A stretch of DNA of 57,414 nt from Deltaproteobacteria bacterium (GTDB lineage Bacteria; JACQOV01): contig JACQOV010000051.1 of the NCBI GenBank assembly GCA_016202395.1, forward strand, positions 1-57,414, written 5' to 3'. The position numbers and the translations under genes are program-made. The notes beneath the pieces were generated by a model. That model was given only the letters and a program-made list of their open reading frames with translations, did not search any database and was not told the DNA's origin. Positions 1 through 8,645 of this stretch are shown here, piece by piece. Within the stretch, counting starts at the first letter, position 1, and each line of letters starts with the position of its first letter.

Positions 1-67
1 GGGGTTCCGTTCATGGTTCGACATGCTCACCACGAACGGATTGTAAAGTGATTACTGAGACACTACA
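1..67 (-). mobile_element. Partial MITE (end truncated by window edge), second copy of the element at 49648-49783
   Basis: 1-67 is the reverse complement of 49648-49714 with ~5 mismatches; ends ...ACACTACA followed by CTAG (68-71). Confidence 0.8.
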
Positions 68-79
68 CTAGGAGACCTT

Positions 80-1096
80 ATGCTAGAACCCTCTGCGACT
101 CTATCTTCAGAACTTTTGAGGGAGATTGGGAGCGGGATCACCTCTTCTCTCGATCCCGAGGAGATTTTGTCCGCTATTGCCCATTACACCGAAAAATGGC
201 TGAAGCCGAAGGCAGTGGTTCTTTATCGTTATCATCCTTCCGTTCAGCAACTTTCCATTGACGCCATTCATGGAGTCGTTACGGGGCTTCGCCTCGGGCG
301 CAGTTTTCCGGTAGGAGAGGGGATGGTGGGGCTCTCGGTTCGGGAGAAGAAAACGATCGCGTTGCAAGATCCTCGAACAGAATCTTCCTACTCTTCTCAA
401 TGCGATATCCCATGGTTTGATATCGAGGGGGAATGGATTTGTATCCCTCTTCAATATGGGCAGGAGGTTTTAGGCGCCATTCAGATTGTTGTTCCTAAAG
501 GATGGGGCGGATGGGGGACGGAGAACGGAGCGGCGCTTTTGAAAACGATTGCCGATTTTAGCGCAGTGGCCCTGCGGAACGCCGATGCTATGGCGCGATT
601 GCGCGAATTAGCAGTCATCGATCATGTCACGGGACTTCACAACGGTCGCTATCTTCAAGAGATTCTCTCTCATGAGATTTCCAGAGCTCGACGTTATCGA
701 TCGACCTTTACTCTGATTTTTATGGATCTTGATTATTTTAAACGGGTTAATGATGAGTTTGGTCATCTCGTGGGGAGTCAACTCCTTCGTTCAGTGGGGC
801 AGTGGGTGAAAAAACAGCTCCGTGAAAGCGATATCTATGTCCGATGGGGAGGGGATGAATTTATTCTTTTTCTACCCAACACGTCCAAAGAAGGGGGAGC
901 CATTGTTGCCAAGCGTTTGTGTGTGCGCATGCCGGCAGAATCTTTCCTAGAGCAGAAACTTGTGGTCTCCGCCAGTTTTGGAGTGGTTGCTTTCCCTGAT
1001 GATGGCGGAGAGGTGGAAGAGTTAATTAAAAAAGCCGATGAGGCGATGTATCGAGTGAAGAATCATGGCCGCAACGGGGTAGAGATGTATTCGTGA
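80..1096 (+). CDS. GAF-domain diguanylate cyclase
   Basis: N-terminal GAF-like region; DLDYFKRVNDEFGHLVG, RxxD I-site (RESD) and intact RWGGDEF motif; RBS AGGAGA at 70-75. Confidence 0.93.
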   Translation: MLEPSATLSSELLREIGSGITSSLDPEEILSAIAHYTEKWLKPKAVVLYRYHPSVQQLSIDAIHGVVTGLRLGRSFPVGEGMVGLSVREKKTIALQDPRTESSYSSQCDIPWFDIEGEWICIPLQYGQEVLGAIQIVVPKGWGGWGTENGAALLKTIADFSAVALRNADAMARLRELAVIDHVTGLHNGRYLQEILSHEISRARRYRSTFTLIFMDLDYFKRVNDEFGHLVGSQLLRSVGQWVKKQLRESDIYVRWGGDEFILFLPNTSKEGGAIVAKRLCVRMPAESFLEQKLVVSASFGVVAFPDDGGEVEELIKKADEAMYRVKNHGRNGVEMYS

Positions 1097-2328
1097 CACC
1101 AGAATACACATTATTAAGAGATCCCATTCATGGATTTATTCGTGTGAATCGGTTTGAGCGGGAGGTGATCAATAGCGCCCCGTTTCAGCGATTGCGCCAC
1201 ATCAAGCAGTTAGCGCTCACCCACATGGTTTATCATGGGGCCGAACACACCCGTTTTGGTCATGCCTTGGGTGTGATGGCGCTGGCTTCGAGAGTCTTTG
1301 ACGTTTTAGCCCTTCAAAGCCGCGAGCAGATCCGCTCCCTTTTAGGTTGGAATGAGGAGGACACACAGCGGTATCGCCAACTTCTTCGATTAGCCGCGGC
1401 TCTCCACGACATTGGGCATCCTCCTTTTTCGCACGCCACGGAAAAAGACCTCTTTCCGCAAGGATTGGATCACACCACCTACGGGAAGAGAATCGTCGAA
1501 GAAACGGTGCTTCGAGAGATCATCGATACCCATGGAAAGCCGTTGGGGATCTCAACGGCCGATCTCATTCCTTTGTTTGGAAGTTTCGAGGGCTCTCGGT
1601 TGGCTTTTCTCCAAAAGATCTTCGCTGGAGATTTGGATGTGGATCGAATGGATTATCTTTTACGCGATTCTCTGTACACTGGTGTTTCGTACGGCCTGTT
1701 CGATCTCGATCGACTCATCCATACGATGACTCTTGCGGAAGATCCCAAAGGCGGGGAGCCGATCCTGGTGATAGAAGAAGGGGGAATTCACGCTGCGGAA
1801 GGATTATTGCTCGGCCGCTATTTTATGTTCACTCAGGTTTACTTCCACAAGGTTTGTCGCGCCTATAATATTCTTCTCACCGATTTTGTTCGGCAGATCT
1901 TGCCTCGGGGGAAGTATCCCAAAGAGATCCACAAGTTTTTGGAGCTCGATGATCTTTCGATTTACGCCAAGATGAAGGAGGATCGTGAGGGTTTAGGAAG
2001 CCGAATTTTGAGTCGTTCCCATTATCAGTGTCTCTTTGAAACTTCGGAAAGTGGGGTTTCTGAGGAGATTAAGAAGTTCGAGGAGTTTCGAGAAAAGATT
2101 TTGCAACGCTTTCCTGGAGTGGATTTAAAGGAAGACGTCTCCGATAGCGCTCCACATCGGTTCGCTCATGAAACTTTTTATGTGAAGAAGGGGAATGGAG
2201 AGCTCTCTCCGATGGATCAAGAGTCCTTGCTCATTCGAACTCTACAACCCATTCGGCAGAGGCGCCTCTATTTGAGAAATCCAGAAAGGATTGAAATCGA
2301 TGAATTACAAGTCGCTTCGAATCCTTAA
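1093..2328 (+). CDS. HD-superfamily phosphohydrolase (COG1078/SAMHD1-like dNTPase type)
   Basis: RDPIHG, QRLRHIKQL, HTRFGH, LHDIGHPPFSH, DVDRMDYLLRD motifs; GTG start overlaps upstream stop. Confidence 0.9.
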   Translation: MTPEYTLLRDPIHGFIRVNRFEREVINSAPFQRLRHIKQLALTHMVYHGAEHTRFGHALGVMALASRVFDVLALQSREQIRSLLGWNEEDTQRYRQLLRLAAALHDIGHPPFSHATEKDLFPQGLDHTTYGKRIVEETVLREIIDTHGKPLGISTADLIPLFGSFEGSRLAFLQKIFAGDLDVDRMDYLLRDSLYTGVSYGLFDLDRLIHTMTLAEDPKGGEPILVIEEGGIHAAEGLLLGRYFMFTQVYFHKVCRAYNILLTDFVRQILPRGKYPKEIHKFLELDDLSIYAKMKEDREGLGSRILSRSHYQCLFETSESGVSEEIKKFEEFREKILQRFPGVDLKEDVSDSAPHRFAHETFYVKKGNGELSPMDQESLLIRTLQPIRQRRLYLRNPERIEIDELQVASNP

Positions 2329-3118
2329 AGAGGATCCCATTGCGGAGGTTGTTTTAACCGGGCCTGGGAAAGGGAATGCCATGGGGCCCGATTTTTGGAA
2401 AGAGATGCCGGAATTATTTTCGTCACTGGATCGGGATGAGCGTGTTCGCGCCGTTCTTCTTCGGGGAGAGGGAAATAACTTTAGCTATGGATTGGACCTT
2501 CTCGCTATGATGGAGGATCTAGGGCCTCTGCTCCTGGGGGAGAATCTAGCGGGGAGCCGAACCCGACTTTTAGATAAGATCGGTCAGATGCAACAGGCTT
2601 GCCAAAAAGTGGCTCAGTGTCGAAAGCCGGTGATTGCCGCGATCCAGGGTTGGTGTATTGGAGGAGGGCTGGACCTTATCTCGGCTTGTGACGCCCGTTT
2701 CTGTTCCTCCGATGCCAGGTTTAGTTTACGAGAAGTCCAGTTGGCCATTGTAGCTGATTTAGGAAGTTTGCAACGTTTGCCCCGAATTATTGGAGAGGGG
2801 AGGGCGCGAGAGCTTGCCTTCACCGGCAAGGAGATCGATGCGGAGGAAGCCCTGCGGATCGGTTTAGTCAACCGGGTTTACAAGACCTCTGAAGAATTAT
2901 TGGAGGGAGCGCGTCAATGTGTTTGTGAGATTGCGAAGAACCCTCCTATCGCTGTGCAAGGGATCAAGCAGGTGATGAATGCGTGTGATGGGAAAACGGT
3001 CGAGGAGGGGTTGCGCTACGTTGCAACATGGAACGCCGCGTTTTTGCAGTCGTTGGATTTGGCGGAGGCATTTGCAGCCTTTGCTGAAAAACGTCAACCT
3101 CAATTTAAAGGGGAGTAA
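2300..3118 (+). CDS. Crotonase/enoyl-CoA hydratase family (delta3,5-delta2,4-dienoyl-CoA isomerase-like)
   Basis: GKGNAMGPDFW, FSYGLDL, KPVIAAIQGWCIGGGLDL, ADLGSLQRLP motifs; start moved to ATG 2300 (AGGA 9 nt upstream). Confidence 0.92.
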   Translation: MNYKSLRILKEDPIAEVVLTGPGKGNAMGPDFWKEMPELFSSLDRDERVRAVLLRGEGNNFSYGLDLLAMMEDLGPLLLGENLAGSRTRLLDKIGQMQQACQKVAQCRKPVIAAIQGWCIGGGLDLISACDARFCSSDARFSLREVQLAIVADLGSLQRLPRIIGEGRARELAFTGKEIDAEEALRIGLVNRVYKTSEELLEGARQCVCEIAKNPPIAVQGIKQVMNACDGKTVEEGLRYVATWNAAFLQSLDLAEAFAAFAEKRQPQFKGE

Positions 3119-3131
3119 GAAAGGAACAATT

Positions 3132-3935
3132 ATGGCGAAAGTTTTTTGTGAGGGTTTGTTAAAAGGAAAGGTGGCCTTTATTACCGGAGGAGGAAGCGGC
3201 ATTAATCTGCGGATTGCGGAGCGTTTCGCCGAGCAAGGGGCCCGTCTCACTCTGGTAGGGCGCCAACAGGAGAAATTGGATGCGGCCGTGAAGAGAATCG
3301 AATCTTTGGGCGCAAAGGCGCTCGGCGTTTCTGCCGATGTTCGAAATTATGAGGCCTTGGAGGACGCTTTTCGAAAAACAAAAGAGGCCTATGGAGAGGT
3401 GGATATCCTTATTTGTGGAGCCGCTGGAAATTTCCCAGCCCCTGCGGTGGGGATGTCGGCCAATGGGTTCAAGTCGGTCATCGACATCGATCTTTTGGGG
3501 GTGTTCCATACCTGCCGTGCCGGTTTCGAACATCTGCGCAAACCGGGAGCTTCCCTCATTGCCATTAGCGCTACGCATGCTTTCATCCCTTATCCGATGC
3601 AATCCCATGTGTGCGCGGCGAAGGCGGGGATCGAGCTCTTGTGTAAAACCCTTGCCATTGAATGGGGTCCCCTCGGTGTTCGTGTGAACACCATCGCTCC
3701 AGGACCGGTGGATGAAACCGAAGGGATGGATCGATTGACCCCAACGGCCGAAAGTCGAGAAAAGTTGATGAAAACGATCCCCTTAGGTCGCTATGCTAAA
3801 AAAGATGAAATCGCCGATCTTGCGATCTTCCTTTGTTCCGATGCCGCCCGCTACATCACCGGTGCGACCTTGGTGTGCGATGGGGGATCGGCTTTGGTCG
3901 GTTCCTCCGCTTTTATGCAGACAATGGGCCTATAA
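3132..3935 (+). CDS. SDR oxidoreductase, 2,4-dienoyl-CoA reductase-like
   Basis: TGGGSGIN, GAAGNF, HVCAAKAG (His in place of catalytic Tyr, typical of DECR-type SDRs), RVNTIAPGP; start at ATG 3132 after AAGGA. Confidence 0.9.
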   Translation: MAKVFCEGLLKGKVAFITGGGSGINLRIAERFAEQGARLTLVGRQQEKLDAAVKRIESLGAKALGVSADVRNYEALEDAFRKTKEAYGEVDILICGAAGNFPAPAVGMSANGFKSVIDIDLLGVFHTCRAGFEHLRKPGASLIAISATHAFIPYPMQSHVCAAKAGIELLCKTLAIEWGPLGVRVNTIAPGPVDETEGMDRLTPTAESREKLMKTIPLGRYAKKDEIADLAIFLCSDAARYITGATLVCDGGSALVGSSAFMQTMGL

Positions 3936-4071
3936 CTCTTTGTTTTCATAGGATTATCTATGTGATGGATTGTTAACAAGCCGATGTGAAGTCCACTTAA
4001 CGGTTCGATCTCCTTCAGAAACAACAAGTTAACCATTTTTTTCATTTTTAGCGTTAAAAAAATATTACACC

Positions 4072-4099
4072 TTGACACAATGTCCCAAAAAGTTGTAAT
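4072..4099 (+). promoter_or_regulatory. Possible sigma70-type promoter upstream of the first island operon
   Basis: TTGACA (4072-4077), 16 nt, TGTAAT (4094-4099) in AT-rich intergenic DNA. Confidence 0.35.
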
Positions 4100-4156
4100 T
4101 ATTCATTCCATTTTAAAATTAGATAGTTATAAGAAATAATCCGTATAAAATAAGAA

Positions 4157-4172
4157 TGGCATGTTTCTTGCA
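4157..4172 (+). promoter_or_regulatory. sigma54 (-24/-12) promoter
   Basis: TGGCATGTTTCTTGCA: GG-N10-GC, 24 nt upstream of ATG 4196. Confidence 0.85.
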
Positions 4173-4195
4173 GAAGTTGTAAATTTGCAGGATTT

Positions 4196-6295
4196 ATGAT
4201 TAGGTTATCCCACAAAATGGTTTATCCGATATTACCTCTTTTAATGATTTTGTTGACCGTTGCTTTGGGATGTGGAAAGGGGGACCTCTCAGGGAGTAGC
4301 AGTTCCTACGTTTCGGAGGAGGGGGGAGAGACGACCCTTCTTGCCCCACCGATGCCTACCGATCCAACTCCTAATACCACAAGTTCGGCGATTGGGATCA
4401 GCGCCCCTTATGAAGAAGATGGTCGAGTGATTCTTCGATCTCAGGAAGCCTTTAAGGTCGACGGGAAAGTTTACAATGGGGAATTTTCGATCTCAATCGA
4501 TAGTGTGGGCACATTATTGGAAACAGCCTCGGCAGAAGAAGGAACCTTTGAAGTGACCCTGAAATCGACCTCTTCGGAGTTACAACCGGGGACAGTTTTG
4601 TGTATTTCGATTGTGAACTTCTCAGGATGTATTGAAAAACTTACCGTTCCTGAAATAGGTTTGTTAAGCATCAGTCCCGTAGGGGCTGAGATTGGCGAAA
4701 AGGTAGTCTTCGAAGGGAACCGGTTCCATTTAGGCGGGGATCGGGTTTTCTTCAATGGTGTTTCAGCGACCGATGTTTCAGAGGTTCAATTTATAGATCA
4801 AGATGGCGTTACGAATTCGATCATCAGCGCCACAGTCCCTGAAGGGGCCACATCCGGCCCGGTGTGGATTGAGGTTTCTACAACAGGAGAAACCCTGACA
4901 AGTCACAAAATCCCATTCAGGGTGCTCGAGGTTTCGGAACTGTCGGCTCCTTTGGAGGTAGATCCAGGCTATGAGGCTTTTGGAAGCGCCATGACATTCT
5001 TGGATTTTGATGGGAGCGGTATAGACGATATTGTGATCGGTGATCCCAAATATGATGATGGAGACGTTGAAGACGTTGGGATCGTCGTGATCTATCGGGA
5101 TGGAAATCCCAACGATATTATTCGCATTCGTGGCGAGAGAGAGGATGAGAGATTTGGGGTCTCTCTGGCAAAAACAGAGATTCACGGAGAGGCGTTGGTC
5201 GTTAGCGCGCTGGGTCCCTCGAAGGGGACAGGAAGCCTTCATATCTTTTATGGTGAAACAGTGGGTTTAAAAACAGAGCTTCTTTCCGGCGATGCCGATG
5301 TGATTCTTGAAGATCTAAACCTTTTTACGGCTGTAGAGAAGAATTTCATGGGGGGATCTCCGAAAGTCTCTCCCATTTCTGAACTTGATATTTTTTCGGA
5401 GATGTCGGTCTTCCATGGCAATTCGTTAGGTTGGTCCATTGCGGTTGCGGGAAAGATCGATGGAGATGATCTCGAAGACCTGATCGTAGGTCGTCCCAAT
5501 TGGGATCGAGACCGGGGGGAGGTTTACATCCTTTTTGGGAAGGATCTCCAGTCTCAAAAAGTGATCAGTCATATCGATGACATTCCCCACATCACGATTC
5601 AGGGATCTGCAGAGGGGGATCTTTTTGGGGAAGCGGTCTCGGGGCTCGGAGATGTGAACGGAGATGGACAGGACGATTTCATGGTCGGGGCCCCCGCATT
5701 GGGGGTGAGTTATCTCTTTTTGGGAGGGAATGATCTATGGGTTGAAGGGAATGTGCTTTCCTCTAACGAGGCCAATGGGGTCATTGCTTCACCTAGGGTT
5801 GGAGACCGATTCGGATCGACGATTGTTCGGGCGGGGGATATAAACCAGGATGGGTTGAACGATATCCTTATCGGCGCCCCTGGCGATGGCGTGGTAAATC
5901 TCTTTTTTGGAAGCGACTCCCTTCTGGAGAGTCAGACAACCGCTTTGGATGCCGACGCCATCCTTAAGGATGTCTCTGAAGATTCCCTCTTTGGCGATTC
6001 GCTCGCTTTTGGCGATATCAACGGGGACGGCTTCCAGGATCTCTTTGTTGGAGGTGAAGAAAAGGTTCATGTCTTCTTGATCAATACAGGGCGCTTTTGT
6101 TCTTCTGTGGATTGCCAGTTCTTAGTTTCGAATCCAGATCTTATTTTACAGACTGAGAAAGAGCAGATCGGAAGCGGTTTTGGTGGCGCTATTGCCGCCG
6201 ATGGGGATGTCGATGGGGATGGGTTTGAGGACTTTCTCATTGGGGCGCCTGGAAGCAATAAAGTGTTTCTCTATAAGTCCCCTGAGGAGTTATGA
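4196..6295 (+). CDS. Lipoprotein with IPT/TIG-like domain and FG-GAP (integrin alpha-like) beta-propeller
   Basis: Lipobox VALGC; ISPVGAEIGEKVVFEG...VFFNG (IPT-like); repeated FGxxxA..GD(V/I)NGDGxxD(F/I/L)xxGAP motifs. Confidence 0.88.
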   Translation: MIRLSHKMVYPILPLLMILLTVALGCGKGDLSGSSSSYVSEEGGETTLLAPPMPTDPTPNTTSSAIGISAPYEEDGRVILRSQEAFKVDGKVYNGEFSISIDSVGTLLETASAEEGTFEVTLKSTSSELQPGTVLCISIVNFSGCIEKLTVPEIGLLSISPVGAEIGEKVVFEGNRFHLGGDRVFFNGVSATDVSEVQFIDQDGVTNSIISATVPEGATSGPVWIEVSTTGETLTSHKIPFRVLEVSELSAPLEVDPGYEAFGSAMTFLDFDGSGIDDIVIGDPKYDDGDVEDVGIVVIYRDGNPNDIIRIRGEREDERFGVSLAKTEIHGEALVVSALGPSKGTGSLHIFYGETVGLKTELLSGDADVILEDLNLFTAVEKNFMGGSPKVSPISELDIFSEMSVFHGNSLGWSIAVAGKIDGDDLEDLIVGRPNWDRDRGEVYILFGKDLQSQKVISHIDDIPHITIQGSAEGDLFGEAVSGLGDVNGDGQDDFMVGAPALGVSYLFLGGNDLWVEGNVLSSNEANGVIASPRVGDRFGSTIVRAGDINQDGLNDILIGAPGDGVVNLFFGSDSLLESQTTALDADAILKDVSEDSLFGDSLAFGDINGDGFQDLFVGGEEKVHVFLINTGRFCSSVDCQFLVSNPDLILQTEKEQIGSGFGGAIAADGDVDGDGFEDFLIGAPGSNKVFLYKSPEEL

Positions 6296-8610
6296 ACACG
6301 CTAGAAACTAAAAAAGAGACTCTGCTCCATTACCACACCATTGGAAGTTCGTACCTCCACCAGGGGGATTACTCGAGAGCCTCCAAGTATTTCCGTAAAG
6401 GTCTTCATCTCCTGAAGGAGGCCCATTCCACCGATCGAATGGATTTCATGGAGAGGATGGGGAATGTTTATCTCTTGAAAGGGGAATATCGAAAAACGGT
6501 GGACACCTGCAAAGCGGGGATGGATCATGTAGATCACTACTCCAACCAAAGGGAGATTGCGGCGCTCTGCCGAACTTTGGGGGCCGCGTGCAGTCGACTG
6601 AACGATTATGCTTCGGCCGAGAAGTATTTTTCGATTGCGCTAAAGATTTTTGGGGATTATGGGGATCGGAATGGAGAGGCCTTAACCCTTTTCAATCAGG
6701 CGATGCTCGATCAGAGTCGAGCCCGATATTCTGAGGCCTTGAAGACTTATAACCAATGTTTAAAGTTGTTCAAACGGAATAAAGATGAGGTGAACCTGAT
6801 CTCCACGATCATGAACTTGGGGACTCTCTATCATGAGATGAACGATTATGCGACCGCGTTGAAGCACTATCAAGCTTGTCTCCTTAGCGCTCGAAAGATC
6901 CAGAATCTTCCCCTCATTGCAAAGGTGTCCAACAATCTTGGGAACCTTTTTTTGTCGATGGGAAGCTATAGAGAGTCGGAAGAGCTTATTCTTTACTCTC
7001 TGCGATTGTGTCGGGATCTCAAGATTCCGTACCTCATTGGCTACAATCATCTTTTATTGGGAATACTTAAACTAAAGACGGGAGAGGGAGCGGAGTCTAT
7101 AGAAAACAGCTCCAAAGCCCTGCATAGTTTCCAGGAGGCCGACAGCCAACGAGAGGTTTGTCTTGCCGAGATTCATCTGGCCAACGCTTATTGCGAGAGT
7201 CGCAGTCGACGGTTGGCGGAGCAGCACTTGAGCGAGGCTTTTCGGTTGTCCAAAGAGATCGGTTCCAAAGAGCTGGCGATGCATGCTGTTGTCGTTAAGG
7301 CGAAACTGGAGCGGATCGGCGGGAATGGAAAGTGTGTCCTGGGGATGCTGGAGAAGGCAAAGGATTATTTTGAGGCATCTCAAAGATGGGAGCTTTTGTG
7401 GGAGATATTTTATGAAATCGGAAGGATCTACGAGGAGGCAGGGGACGTTGGCAAGGTTCAAGCCTCTTGGCGCCATTCGGCGAATTTCATCGAAAAGATT
7501 TTAAGCAAGATTCCGGAGGAGCGTCGAGGAGAATATCTTAAAGATCGAGATCGTCAGAGTGTGTATCAAAACCTTTATTCAGAAAAAGGGAGTCCGTATT
7601 CCCCCTTGGAAGCGCCCGATGGGTTTGACACGATGGTGGGGGGCAGCAAAGCGGTCTTGGAGATTCTAGACGCCATTGATCGTGTTGCTAACAGCTCCAT
7701 TCCCGTTTCGATTCAAGGAGAAACGGGCACTGGCAAAGAGTTGGTGGCTCGATTGGTCCATGGTCGCGGGAATCGGCGAGACAAGCCTTTTACGGTCATT
7801 GATTGCGCTTCACTCTCTGAGAACCTTGTGGAGAGCGAACTTTTTGGACATGAAAAAGGGGCCTTCACAGGGGCGTGCGAGCGCCGCATCGGGAAACTGG
7901 AATCGGTTCGTGGAGGGACTCTCTTTCTAGATGAGGTGGAGAATATTTCTCCTTACGTCCAAGGGAAATTGCTTCGCTTCTTGCAGGAAAAGGAGTTCAC
8001 CCGAGTCGGCGGGAACGAGATCGTTCGAGTGGATGCCAGAATCATCAGCGCATCCAAAAAAGATTTGGCGAAAGAGGTTGAAACGGGGATGTTCCGGGAG
8101 GATCTTTTTTATCGATTAAGGGTCTATCTCATTACACTCCCGCCGCTTCGAGAAAGGAGAGAGGACATCCCTTTGCTCATCGAACATTTCTTGGCTCAGG
8201 TCTCAAAAAATAATCAGCGAAAGATCACTTTGGAGCCCCAAGCCATGGATCTTTTATACCACTATGATTTTCCAGGAAATGTCCGACAATTAAAGAATGA
8301 AATTCTTCATGCCTGCATTTTGGCGGATTCCAAGAACGTTCTTGGCAGAGAGATGTTTTCCGAGAAGATTACGAGGGCTAAAGAGGGCGCCACGGAGATC
8401 CAAAATCGCAATGGCTCCTTTCTGCAGAAAATGGAGAACATGGAAAGAGATATTGTGATCGACGCCCTTATGATGAGAAGTGGAAACATTTCCAGAGCGG
8501 CTGAAGATTTAGGGCTAAGCCGATACGGTCTCTATAAAAAGATGAAACGTCTCAAAATTCAGAATTTCAAGAGCGATGTTCCGAAAAGCTTACAAGAGTG
8601 CCAACTCTAG
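6292..8610 (+). CDS. sigma54-dependent enhancer-binding protein with TPR sensor domain
   Basis: ~430 aa of TPR-like helices; GETGTGKE Walker A, ESELFGHEKGAFTGA, FLDEV, FREDLFYRL; C-terminal Fis HTH (NISRAAEDLGLSR..LYKKM). Confidence 0.93.
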   Translation: MNTLETKKETLLHYHTIGSSYLHQGDYSRASKYFRKGLHLLKEAHSTDRMDFMERMGNVYLLKGEYRKTVDTCKAGMDHVDHYSNQREIAALCRTLGAACSRLNDYASAEKYFSIALKIFGDYGDRNGEALTLFNQAMLDQSRARYSEALKTYNQCLKLFKRNKDEVNLISTIMNLGTLYHEMNDYATALKHYQACLLSARKIQNLPLIAKVSNNLGNLFLSMGSYRESEELILYSLRLCRDLKIPYLIGYNHLLLGILKLKTGEGAESIENSSKALHSFQEADSQREVCLAEIHLANAYCESRSRRLAEQHLSEAFRLSKEIGSKELAMHAVVVKAKLERIGGNGKCVLGMLEKAKDYFEASQRWELLWEIFYEIGRIYEEAGDVGKVQASWRHSANFIEKILSKIPEERRGEYLKDRDRQSVYQNLYSEKGSPYSPLEAPDGFDTMVGGSKAVLEILDAIDRVANSSIPVSIQGETGTGKELVARLVHGRGNRRDKPFTVIDCASLSENLVESELFGHEKGAFTGACERRIGKLESVRGGTLFLDEVENISPYVQGKLLRFLQEKEFTRVGGNEIVRVDARIISASKKDLAKEVETGMFREDLFYRLRVYLITLPPLRERREDIPLLIEHFLAQVSKNNQRKITLEPQAMDLLYHYDFPGNVRQLKNEILHACILADSKNVLGREMFSEKITRAKEGATEIQNRNGSFLQKMENMERDIVIDALMMRSGNISRAAEDLGLSRYGLYKKMKRLKIQNFKSDVPKSLQECQL

Positions 8611-8645
8611 TTGATGCGAATTTCACAAACTTAAGGAGACATAAA

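Noticed and set aside
1093-2328. HD-GYP c-di-GMP phosphodiesterase partner for the DGC
   Set aside because: No GYP motif; the motifs match the COG1078/SAMHD1-like family
4117-4130. TTAGATAGTTA as another RAYT repeat copy
   Set aside because: Only 11 bp in AT-rich DNA and lacking the GGTCTGACCCC end
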